In this document: one piece after another, positions 50,379 to 59,809 of the stretch
How positions within the stretch are numbered: position 1 is the first letter of the stretch
Layout of the letters: each line of letters opens with the position of its first letter
From: an uncultured Methanospirillum sp.
GTDB lineage: Archaea; Halobacteriota; Methanomicrobia; Methanomicrobiales; Methanospirillaceae
Reading direction: 5' to 3'
NCBI GenBank assembly: GCA_964637135.1
Contig: CAZWTX010000007.1
Span: 1-64,000 of the forward strand
DNA length: 64,000 bases
Translations under genes and position numbers: made by a program
The notes under the pieces: generated by a model
What the model saw: only the letters and a program-made list of their open reading frames with translations
The model's database searches: none
Told to the model about the DNA's origin: nothing

Positions 50379-50933
50379 ATGAAAATTATAGGAATAGTAT
50401 CCAGCCCGAGAAAAGGCGGAAACACTCAGAGATTAGTAGAACACGTTCTTTCGGGTGCCAAGGAGGCCGGGGCAACGACTGAATTGATACGACTGTGTGA
50501 TTGTGATATTCAACCCTGCACCGGGTGTGATATATGCAAAAAAGATGGAGAATGCATAATACAGGACGATATGGAAGAGATATACCAGAAGGTAAAGGAT
50601 GCAGATGCTGTGGTATTTGGTTCTCCGATCTACTGGTTTAGACTGAGTGCACAGGCATATCCATTTATTGACCGGATGTATGGCCACTTTACCCCTGATT
50701 TCACCTGTGATATGCCGAAAGGGAAGAAGATTGTTGTTGCTCTGACCTGTGGCGGAGATGATATAGAGGATATGAATACCACCAACGATTACCTGAAAAA
50801 AGTCTTTCAATACCTGGGGTTTGTTGATGCTGGATTTATCTGGCAGAATAATTGTCATATGCCTGATGACCTCGCCAATTATCCTGATAGGATAAAAGAG
50901 GCGAAACAATTAGGGAAATCCTTAGTCCCCTGA
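50379..50933 (+). CDS. Iron-sulfur flavoprotein / NADPH-dependent FMN reductase family
   Basis: SSPRKGGNT, CTGCDIC....C, GSPIYW. Confidence 0.92.
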   Translation: MKIIGIVSSPRKGGNTQRLVEHVLSGAKEAGATTELIRLCDCDIQPCTGCDICKKDGECIIQDDMEEIYQKVKDADAVVFGSPIYWFRLSAQAYPFIDRMYGHFTPDFTCDMPKGKKIVVALTCGGDDIEDMNTTNDYLKKVFQYLGFVDAGFIWQNNCHMPDDLANYPDRIKEAKQLGKSLVP

Positions 50934-51143
50934 CCGGGATCATAAAATTAACCTACCTCCTCTCCCTTATTCTGTATCCCAGTGAGAAGGTTTGGTTTTT
51001 CATCAGGTACGTATGAGGTATACCTCATTGTTTTTTTGAATTCATATGGGGGACATATCCATGATCGTATCGAGACGAGCTGAATAGTAACAAAAATTCT
51101 ACGGAAAAAAGAGAATCTCCGGGTTTCTCACCCACCCCGTCAC

Positions 51144-51998
51144 TCAGGCCGGCGACTGGTTCATTCCCAGGAACATGAGGGCAGCCTCCCCGTACTGGAC
51201 CGGTACCTTATGATATCCGGTATGAGGAATACCCTTGAACCTGACAAGCCAGGACCCATTAATCTGACCGGCCATCCGGGCTGATATGGCATCGGGGGTG
51301 AGGACATCTTCGGTTCCAACAATCAGCATGACATCCTTGTTGATTCCTGAAAGACCGTCATACGATCCATTCCACATGAGGTTTGCCCATGCCTCTTTCC
51401 TGATACCAGGGGAGAGGGATGTATTGTTTGCTGCCTCTTCAATGACGCCAAGGAGCGTTCTCGTCTCAGGGATCCTGACACTATAGGAGTTGGAATCAAG
51501 GATGAGCTTATCAACCCGCTCAGGGTGATCGATGACAAGCTGTTGCGAGGTCGAGGATCCCATGGAAGCCCCGTATATGTGCATTTTCTCATATCCGAGG
51601 GCATTTATGAGTGCAGCGGCATCGTCGGCATACATCGGGATCGTGTGGGTCACATTGTTATCGCTACTCGCTCCCATCCCCCGGTGGTCATACAGGTAAA
51701 CATGGTATTGGGATGCCAGGATAGCGACGAACGTCTCATTCCAGTTATCCATCGTGGCACTAAATCCTGGTATCATCAGGATGGGATCTCCTGATCCAAA
51801 CTCCCGGTACCCGAGGGAAACCCCGTTGACGTCAGCATACCTGACCGGGGTATCATTATATAATACCGGCATAGGATTATCCGGGGACGCTTCACCAGTC
51901 TGAACGGTGGACTCATCGACACACCCTGCCAGTACCAGGCTGAAGATGGTGAGGACGATTGTCAGGAGTATTAGATTTGTTTTATTCATTGAAATCAC
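51144..51998 (-). CDS. Alpha/beta hydrolase, lipoprotein-like
   Basis: LAGC lipobox-like signal, DHRGMG, GASMG, GTED, IPH. Confidence 0.88.
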   Translation of the reverse strand: MISMNKTNLILLTIVLTIFSLVLAGCVDESTVQTGEASPDNPMPVLYNDTPVRYADVNGVSLGYREFGSGDPILMIPGFSATMDNWNETFVAILASQYHVYLYDHRGMGASSDNNVTHTIPMYADDAAALINALGYEKMHIYGASMGSSTSQQLVIDHPERVDKLILDSNSYSVRIPETRTLLGVIEEAANNTSLSPGIRKEAWANLMWNGSYDGLSGINKDVMLIVGTEDVLTPDAISARMAGQINGSWLVRFKGIPHTGYHKVPVQYGEAALMFLGMNQSPA

Positions 51999-52443
51999 AA
52001 AGCAGAATAAGGGATCATTTCGGTTGCATCCTATTTTAACTGAGATGCATATTTTTTTCGCTGAAAGAATCTATCCGCATTTCTCGCGATGACCCGGAAA
52101 ATTCATCTCTTTCGGAAATAAGGACGATTAATCTGCCGTATTTTTCATGGTTTTCCATCGATGCCAGGATGACTGGTACCAACCAACCTCTCGTGAAGAA
52201 ACAACCCGGCCAGGACAAGGCCGGTATTGATGATGCAGAGCGATCCGCGGGCAGAATTTGGATTTCCCTGTTATACCTGGTATCCTCCGGAGAGAATGGG
52301 TATACCTTTCTGCCGGATACCGGTCTCTCACAGGATTGTACGACGTCCAATGCCCAGCAACCTGGCTTCCCTGCTCTCCGGTACCGGCACCTCTCCGTAT
52401 TCTGAGTACAGTGGTTCTGTCTTTTTTCACCCGGATTGATCTG

Positions 52444-52923
52444 TTATGTATCCGGAGACGAATCCGGTGTATCGGTCTTCTCAGCCACCGTATTGTCACA
52501 GATACACTCCGTATCAGGGATACTATCCCGAACAAGACCGCATATCTCCTCGTATCTCTCCGTGATGTTGTATACGATGCCTGAACTGGGAAATGGTCTG
52601 CCTGAATCGATAATTCGGTTAAAAACCGGGAAATAGGGATTGTTTTTCGTTCCATACTCCTGGTAAAAGTCCACGGTTGCAGGAAGAACATACCTGGGCG
52701 GAGAAGTGGTATACGAATCCTCGCTGAATGCAATCAGGTTCTTTGCCTGAACGCTGTTATAATAGTTCACAAACTGATCTGTTGCCTCCATACAGCGATC
52801 ATCACAGGCATTTTTATTGATTACCAGCCCGTCTGTCCAGAAGAGAGGATTCTGATCAGTTCCGAACGGTGAGTGAACCGCATAGTATATTGAATTGGGA
52901 TCTGTTCTCTTAATATTGTACAA
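52444..52923 (-). pseudogene. C-terminal fragment of a thiaminase I-like / extracellular solute-binding protein
   Basis: SPFG...PLFWTDGLVIN and PPRYVLPA resemble the C-terminal half of thiaminase I; no N-terminal half or signal peptide upstream. Confidence 0.5.
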
Positions 52924-53225
52924 ATCTTCTTAAAATCAGATAAATGAAAAGGATTCGTTGTTTGCAAATACTTTCTTGGGGGAGTGATCAAAATAATACC
53001 CGTTTAACCAATTGTTCGTCCTGTCAACAGAACAACAGAGGATAGCGATTAACCCCACATTGGTGTAATAGCCTATTCAATGTTATATATATTCAAGATT
53101 GTTAACCTAGGGTTAATCGCGATTCTCAAGATTCATTCCAGTAACCAGATTGAGATTCAGGCCTTCTCTCTCTGATTTGAGGTAAAAGGATGTGGGCGAG
53201 TGCGTAAAAAAAAGAAGTTTTTCCC

Positions 53226-53915
53226 TTACCCTGACCGGACACCGTTCCAGTTCTCATCAATACCTTCGATGAAATCCTTCGAACCGAATCCAAAGGTACC
53301 GTTGAAGTACATCCCGTCATCTGACATCGTCAGGGTAGACAGGCCGGATTGGGTCCAGATCCCGGTCAGTTCCTTTCCGTCTTCAGAAACCGTACCCTCT
53401 ACCACGGTAATTTCTGACAGATCCGACGTCTGATAGACTCCGCTTACCCTCGTCCCGTTCTGGTTCAGGATAGTAACGTCCCCTATCTCCTCGATCCAGG
53501 ATCCGGACCATGGCTTTTCCGTATCTACTTCGGTCGTCAGGGTTCCATTCCAGGTATCATCGGCCTCGTCTACAGCATTACTCTCTCCGTACCCATAGGT
53601 TCCGTTGAAATAGGTTCCATCATCGGAAAGAGTGAATGTAAAGGGTCCAAACTGACTCCAGGATCCAGATAATACCTTTCCATCCTCGGATATCGTCCCT
53701 TCACCTGTCCGGGAGACGGCAATCGGTGGATCGGTATAGACTCCGGTAACATTCCGACCGTCCACCGTCAGGACCTGGGTACCCATAGTATCAATCCAGG
53801 TACCAGCCCATCCGACTGCTGCATCATTCACATTCTCTTTGGTTTCGGCTGCATAGCATCCAACCGCGATCATACCAATCAGCACCATCAGTGCCATCAA
53901 ACGAAGTAAAGACAT
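53226..53915 (-). CDS. Secreted two-repeat beta-barrel-like protein (paralog A)
   Basis: Signal peptide followed by two units of W.G.W...VTG.Y...G..SEDGK.L.G.W...DDG.YFNGT.G.G...WNG. Confidence 0.85.
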   Translation of the reverse strand: MSLLRLMALMVLIGMIAVGCYAAETKENVNDAAVGWAGTWIDTMGTQVLTVDGRNVTGVYTDPPIAVSRTGEGTISEDGKVLSGSWSQFGPFTFTLSDDGTYFNGTYGYGESNAVDEADDTWNGTLTTEVDTEKPWSGSWIEEIGDVTILNQNGTRVSGVYQTSDLSEITVVEGTVSEDGKELTGIWTQSGLSTLTMSDDGMYFNGTFGFGSKDFIEGIDENWNGVRSG

Positions 53916-54078
53916 TCAGAAGATACCTCCTAACATAGATACCTAATCCATGATGAGCCGATAAGTATATCGGACAAACCTGGTGGAAACATAATATAAA
54001 ACTGATATTATCCCGCTTTCCGGAGGATCATGTTCCCTTCCGGAGGGTAAATCTGATAAAAAAGAAGAAAAGATTCCG

Positions 54079-54762
54079 TTATTCGACCAGAACACCGTTC
54101 CAGTCTTCATCGGCGCCGGTATCCTTGGAACCATATCCATAGGTACCGTTGAAGTACTTTCCGTCATCTGAAAGCGTGAACGCAAACAGGCCGGTTTGAG
54201 ACCATGTTCCGGTGAGAATTGTTCCATCTTCGGAGACAATGCCGTCGATCAGAGATCCTTCGGTGTCAACCGGCATCCCATAGGTTCCGGTCACTGCCGT
54301 TTCATTCTGTTCCAGGAACGTAATCGATCCAATCTCTGATACCCATTCTCCGGTCCAGGCATTCTCGGGGTCTGCTTCGGTGGTCAGGGTACCGTTCCAG
54401 CCATCATCGAGGCCTTCAATGGTATCCATGTCGCCGTATCCAAAGGTTCCGTTATAGTACGTGCCATCTTCAGAAAGGGCAAATGTTAACTTCCCATCCT
54501 CGTACCAGGTTCCGGTGAGGATTTTCCCATCTTCGGATGCCACTCCCTCGATTGACAGGACGAGGCCCTCGGCCGGATCTTCGTAGGTTCCGGTGACATT
54601 GAGACCATCCTGCGTCAGCACCATGGTGCTCGAATAATCAACCCATGTTCCGGCCCATCCGAACGTTGCATCAGTCACATTCTCTTCGGTTTCGGCTGCA
54701 GAGCACCCGGCTCCGATCATAGTAATCAGCACAAAAAGTGCCATTAAACGAAATAAAATCAT
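54079..54762 (-). CDS. Secreted two-repeat beta-barrel-like protein (paralog B)
   Basis: Colinear with 53226-53915; both share the upstream segment cagaagatacctcctaaca (GGAGGT ribosome-binding site on the minus strand). Confidence 0.85.
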   Translation of the reverse strand: MILFRLMALFVLITMIGAGCSAAETEENVTDATFGWAGTWVDYSSTMVLTQDGLNVTGTYEDPAEGLVLSIEGVASEDGKILTGTWYEDGKLTFALSEDGTYYNGTFGYGDMDTIEGLDDGWNGTLTTEADPENAWTGEWVSEIGSITFLEQNETAVTGTYGMPVDTEGSLIDGIVSEDGTILTGTWSQTGLFAFTLSDDGKYFNGTYGYGSKDTGADEDWNGVLVE

Positions 54763-55347
54763 GCAGAAGATACCTCCTAACAGGAATAGATTCCCGGGAA
54801 GACGAATAAACGTATCGAATTTGTACGATTACTAAGATATTTGTCTGCACATCACCACTAACCAGGGTAAGAACTCGCTTCCCTCATGTTCTCAAATCAT
54901 ACCATCTCCGAATAAAAATAATCAGAAGAAAACCCGTTCATCGATTCGCCAGCAGAAGGGACGGTGTATCTCTCTACCGATGTATTCTGGGGATTTCTCA
55001 GATCTGAAACGATATCTTTTGAATGAATCAGAAAATTCAAGAAAAATTCCTCACAGGACTTCTGTTGTTCTATCCTTCCGAATTCAGGCAGAGACCTAAA
55101 TATACCGAAAATACGTGCAACGATAACAGTTGATGAAGGCCCGCTGAGAAATATCCGGCACATAGAACGTGAAATCCCCGGGGGTATCATTCAACAGGGA
55201 GCAGAAATTAGAATTTTTGAGTGTTCAGGCCAATGTTCACCAAAACGGTACATCTTCCTGTGTGTTTGTTGAGCGATCCATCACCCGTTTCGCCGGTATT
55301 ATTACGGAATACCCATGATGGTATAGTATAGCCGGAGTATTGATCCC

Positions 55348-56337
55348 ATGAATCTGCGTTTTGGATGTATTGTTTCGATTATGTTATTGATATTGGTGAC
55401 CGGGCTTGCACTTTTCCCGGCGGCAGCAGCAGAGGAAAAAATGGTCTCCATGGTCTACACCGGGGAGATAGCAGATCATGGATATATCCAGCATGCCTTA
55501 AACGGAGTTAACCGGGCACAGGAAGAGTTCTCCTTCACCATACATGATATCCCGTGGAATTCATCCGCTCCCTGCGATCCGGTGACTGATACCGACGGTA
55601 CCCGGTCAGATGCGGTTATCATCATGGGAGCCTTCATGAACGGATACCAACAGGAGATCGTTGACCGCAACCCCGAGGTTCCCATAATACTCATCGACGG
55701 GGGTAATCTTACCGGACCAGAAGCGAAATCAATTTACTTCTCCATGTACGGGGCCAGTTATCTCGCCGGGATCCTTGCGGCAAACCAGACAAAGACCGGA
55801 AAACTCGGAATAATCATCGGGTTTGACATGCCTACCCTTCGTGGATTTACCGACGGATTCACCGACGGGGCACACCGGGTAAACCCTGATGCAGAGGTAA
55901 CCATCTCATACATCGCCGATGATTACTCAGGATTTTCCATGCCTGAACAGGCAGGCGTATTAGCCGAAGGAATGTATCGGAACGGTACTGATATCATCTT
56001 CCCGGTTGCCGGATCATCCGGTCTTGGCGTTATCAGCACGGCGAAAACACTTCCCGGCCTGTATGTTATCGGCGTAGATGCAGACCAGTCCGACCTGGCC
56101 CCGGACACGATCCTGGCCTCGGCAGTCAAAAACCTTGACCCGGTGATCTACAACGAACTGGGAGCGGTTTTCAACGGATCATACATTCCCGGATCAGTCG
56201 TTACCGGCCTTGAAGACGGGGGAACATCCCTTATACTCAATCCCCGGTTTGAGCATCTTTCACCACTTGTTGAATCCCGGATACCTGAAGCTACAGAAAA
56301 GGAAAAGGAGTATCTCGCCACTCATCCGCTTGCCTGA
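55348..56337 (+). CDS. BMP family (PnrA/TmpC-like) substrate-binding protein
   Basis: SYLAGILAA..TKTGKLG, GF..GA, DIIFPVAG.SGLGVI, IGVDADQ. Confidence 0.9.
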   Translation: MNLRFGCIVSIMLLILVTGLALFPAAAAEEKMVSMVYTGEIADHGYIQHALNGVNRAQEEFSFTIHDIPWNSSAPCDPVTDTDGTRSDAVIIMGAFMNGYQQEIVDRNPEVPIILIDGGNLTGPEAKSIYFSMYGASYLAGILAANQTKTGKLGIIIGFDMPTLRGFTDGFTDGAHRVNPDAEVTISYIADDYSGFSMPEQAGVLAEGMYRNGTDIIFPVAGSSGLGVISTAKTLPGLYVIGVDADQSDLAPDTILASAVKNLDPVIYNELGAVFNGSYIPGSVVTGLEDGGTSLILNPRFEHLSPLVESRIPEATEKEKEYLATHPLA

Positions 56338-56961
56338 CCCGGACAGGGAAATCCGGCCGATCTTCGGGGTTATCCCGGTTGCGAACAGGAGACGGTTCAG
56401 TCGGCCAAGAACCGGAGGAATCCGGATATGCTCCTCGATCTTACAGAACCCATGTAACTCTCCGTCAGGAACAGCGGAAACAGACCGGACTGAACGGGAT
56501 CGCCTGTATCTCTGCCGGTGAAGAGGATTACTGAGAGGTAATTCTCCTGTACGAGGCTGTCCGCTCCGAGCCCCATCAGCCCATACGGCACCTCCTGCAC
56601 CGAGACCCAAGAATCTCCCATTCCTGTCTATATATATCACCTGCTAACCATCCCCGGCACCTATCCCCGTATTCGTACAGGTTCCAGGAAATAACCCGGT
56701 AATGAACGAGGGGTGATTATTCTCCAGATCCATTCCCCCGTGATGTTCGCCGGTTCTCCCGGGAGTAATCTGCCTGGCGGCCCGGTGACTCACCAGCCGG
56801 ATTGATCGCAGATCTGGATGGATTGCCCCTCTGACCGGCACGAATAACCGGAGGAGTCGATATCTGCAGGAAGGGCAGACCGAAATCCAGCAGAATGACC
56901 ATTTCATGAGTGTTATTAAGAACCGATTCCAATAGTACACCGGATTTGGAGCATTTACCCC

Positions 56962-58104
56962 ATGAACCTTCAGTTTGGAGCGATAGTTGCTATACTTTTT
57001 TGCGTAACGGTATCCGGACTGGCATCGTTCCCGGTGGCTGCATCCGGGGAGAAAACCGTATCAATGGTGTACATGGGAGAGAAAGGAGACTACAGTTATC
57101 TTCAGCGTGCCTTTGCCGGACTTGACCGGGCAGAGCAGGATTTCTCCTTCTCAATCCGTGATATCCCGTGGAATTCATCCTCACCCGCTGATCCGGTCAC
57201 CGATGCGAACGGCACCCGGTCTGATGCTGTCATCATCATGGGGGCCATCATGAACGGATATGAACAGAACCTATCCGCTGAGAACCCCGATCTCCCCGTC
57301 ATCCTCATCGATGGCGGATTACTCACCGGACCAGCAGCAAAATCGATAAACTTCTCTATGTATGGGACCAGTTATCTTGCCGGAATTCTTGCTGCAAACC
57401 AGACAAAGACCAAACAAATCGGGATCGTCGCCGGCGTCGATGCCCCCGTTCTCCGTGGCTTCACCGACGGATTCATCGATGGTGCTCACCGGGAAGATCC
57501 GGAGGTCAGGGTCACCGTCTCGTATATCGCCGGTGACTACTCGGGCTTTTCCATGCCTGATAAAGCAGGTGAATTAACCAGTGAGATGTACCGGAACGGC
57601 ACCGATATTATCTACCAGATCGCCGGTTCATCCGTCCTCGGCGTCATCAATACGGCCAAAACACTCCCCGGCCTGNNNNNNNNNNNNNNNNNNNNNNNNN
57701 NNNNNNNNNNNNNNNNNNNNNNNNNNNNNNNNNNNNNNNNNNNNNNNNNNNNNNNNNNNNNNNNNNNNNNNNNNNCCGGCCTGGCCCCGGACACGATTCT
57801 GGCCTCGGCAGTCAAGAACCTTGACCCGGTGATCTACGATGAACTGGACGGGATCTTCTCCGGTACCTATACTACCGGATCGGTCGTGACCAGCCTTGAG
57901 GAAGGAGGAACATCCCTCACCATTAATCCCCGGTATGAGCATCTCTCGCCACTCATTGAATCCCGGAGAGACGAGGCGATAGAAGAAGAGAAGAAGTACC
58001 TGGCTGCCCACCGGCTCTCATACCGGGCAGCAATTCCGGGGAGCGGACATTCGACCCCGCCATCCCGGAGAAATGGCATCTTTTTTCCGGTCTCATTCAG
58101 ATAA
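56962..58104 (+). CDS. BMP family substrate-binding protein, tandem paralog (spans the assembly gap)
   Basis: Colinear with 55348-56337 on both sides of the N run. Confidence 0.85.
   Translation: MNLQFGAIVAILFCVTVSGLASFPVAASGEKTVSMVYMGEKGDYSYLQRAFAGLDRAEQDFSFSIRDIPWNSSSPADPVTDANGTRSDAVIIMGAIMNGYEQNLSAENPDLPVILIDGGLLTGPAAKSINFSMYGTSYLAGILAANQTKTKQIGIVAGVDAPVLRGFTDGFIDGAHREDPEVRVTVSYIAGDYSGFSMPDKAGELTSEMYRNGTDIIYQIAGSSVLGVINTAKTLPGLXXXXXXXXXXXXXXXXXXXXXXXXXXXXXXXXXXGLAPDTILASAVKNLDPVIYDELDGIFSGTYTTGSVVTSLEEGGTSLTINPRYEHLSPLIESRRDEAIEEEKKYLAAHRLSYRAAIPGSGHSTPPSRRNGIFFPVSFR
57676..57775. other. Scaffold gap (100 N)
   Basis: Run of N. Alignment to the paralog suggests only about 28 nt are actually missing. 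Confidence 0.98.
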
Positions 58105-58110
58105 TGAGAT

Positions 58111-58947
58111 ATGAAACGATGGTACCTCTCTCTCCTGCTCATCCTCCTCCTCGTCATCCCGGGGGCCGTATTAACGACTGAAACCCCCGTGAATTCTCCG
58201 GATACCACATCCGTAACCATCGGCCTGATCCCGTCCGGGAGTTCCAGCCCGTTTCACCAGGAACTTATCCAGGCGGTCAAAGCAGCTGCTGGTGAAGCAA
58301 ACTGGACGGTCATCGTCCTGATGCCTGATTCTGAAATGAATATCAGCTTCCAAAAAGATGCCATGAACCGGCTGATACAGGACCGGGTCGACCTCATCTG
58401 CCTGAATACGCTGGACACGAATGCCCTTGCAGGCGGGATCCGGACGGCCGAATCCTCCGGCATCCAGGTCATCCTCTATAACACGCTTGTCCCTGCAGAA
58501 GGGCAGAATGTCACCGGATATATCGGGTACAACCAGTATACCGGAGCTCGGGAGATGGGCAGATATGCCGCCCTCGCCCTGGATCCCTCGATTGATATCT
58601 TCTACGGAAACAGCGACGAGATGGCGATCGGAGCGGCACTGGCAGCCGCCGATGCCGGAAAACAGATCAATTCAGATATTCTCTGTCTGGGAATCGACGG
58701 CAACGCCCCGACTCTCGATATGATCGAAAACGGCACGATGACGGCAACCCTCGGAGTCTATCCTGATCGGATGGGCCGGATGATCGTCAGCGAGGCAGGC
58801 CGGGTTCTCAAAGGTGAGGATATCCCGGTCTACCTGGAAACCCCGTCGGTCGTCGTTGATGCCAAAAACATGGATTCCTACCTGAACGGATCGACCTGGA
58901 CCGAACCGGTAACCGGCAACCCGGAAGTCCTGGCGTCCGTTCAATAA
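58111..58947 (+). CDS. RbsB-like sugar-binding protein with an apparent internal in-frame deletion
   Basis: SPFH, YIGYNQY.GA..MG, SDEMAIGA, GIDG and ATLG are present, but the segment between GRYAA and DPSIDIF is missing. Confidence 0.75.
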   Translation: MKRWYLSLLLILLLVIPGAVLTTETPVNSPDTTSVTIGLIPSGSSSPFHQELIQAVKAAAGEANWTVIVLMPDSEMNISFQKDAMNRLIQDRVDLICLNTLDTNALAGGIRTAESSGIQVILYNTLVPAEGQNVTGYIGYNQYTGAREMGRYAALALDPSIDIFYGNSDEMAIGAALAAADAGKQINSDILCLGIDGNAPTLDMIENGTMTATLGVYPDRMGRMIVSEAGRVLKGEDIPVYLETPSVVVDAKNMDSYLNGSTWTEPVTGNPEVLASVQ

Positions 58948-59050
58948 CAGAACCTTCTTTTTGATCCCGGGACCCGGAAGGGAAACCTGGAGAGGCCCGG
59001 GAGAGTATTTTACTGACTTACGTGCAGGCCGGCCCGGTGACTCGCCCGTT

Positions 59051-59674
59051 TCATCCAGAACGGAAGGATTCAATCTCCCTGAGCAAATCCCCGGCTATCG
59101 ATTCTGCACTCTTCGTCTTCAGTTCGATGATGACCGGCGGAAAGAGTGGCCACCGGGAGGTGACCAGGGAGACAAAATCACGACGTACTGTCCAGATCAT
59201 CGGCGGAAACATCGCCACTTCCAACTGGTCGATGCATGGACCCCAGAGAGATCCCTGCACATCGAACCGGCCGACCTCATCGATCACCAGGAGATCGGTC
59301 TTCTGTTCATCATGGGGAGTGAGGATAGCCCGTTTCCCGAATGCAATTCCTTCAGGCCGGAAATAGTACCGCCCAAAGTAGATACTTCCCGGGGACGGGA
59401 TGGTCGAACTGAGCTCTTCTGAGATCCCCCTCCCGAGATCGGTGAGGGAAAATCCTGACCGAAGGCCGTCCGAGATATATCCGGGGGCGATGATCCCCCG
59501 GATGCAGATATCTTCCCGACGTAGGATCTCGAGGACATCGGCAAGGAATGTTGTCTTCCCCTCGCCCTGCTCTCCGGATATGATGAATACCGGCGGCCGG
59601 TTTCCGCCCTTTTTTCGGTTTGCCCGGCTCTGATCTCCCGCAGCCGATCCGGAAGACTCGCTCCTCTCACTCAT
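59051..59674 (-). CDS. P-loop NTPase (NTPase_1/DUF2478-like)
   Basis: ISGEQGEGKTT, RSGFSL.DL, GRYYF, LLVIDEVGRF. Confidence 0.85.
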   Translation of the reverse strand: MSERSESSGSAAGDQSRANRKKGGNRPPVFIISGEQGEGKTTFLADVLEILRREDICIRGIIAPGYISDGLRSGFSLTDLGRGISEELSSTIPSPGSIYFGRYYFRPEGIAFGKRAILTPHDEQKTDLLVIDEVGRFDVQGSLWGPCIDQLEVAMFPPMIWTVRRDFVSLVTSRWPLFPPVIIELKTKSAESIAGDLLREIESFRSG

Positions 59675-59809
59675 GCTCCCAGATACTCATGTGTTATTCA
59701 GCAAAAACAATTAACATTTACAGGAAGAAAAGCAGACACATAGATGAGAGCGATCGAACCGGGCGACCTTCACCATTCAGGCATCGGCCGCCGATTATCG
59801 TGAGAATAT

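Noticed and set aside
54790..55340. Long intergenic stretches here and at 49330-50370, 56340-56960 and 62450-62850 as possible ncRNAs
   Set aside because: I could not recognise any tRNA, riboswitch or repeat structure; an Rfam/Infernal search would be needed.
57676..57775. Apparent insertion in the second BMP protein
   Set aside because: Placeholder Ns; the paralog implies a much shorter true gap.
58020..58104. C-terminal extension of the second BMP relative to its paralog
   Set aside because: Probably simple stop-codon loss; the tail has no recognisable motif.
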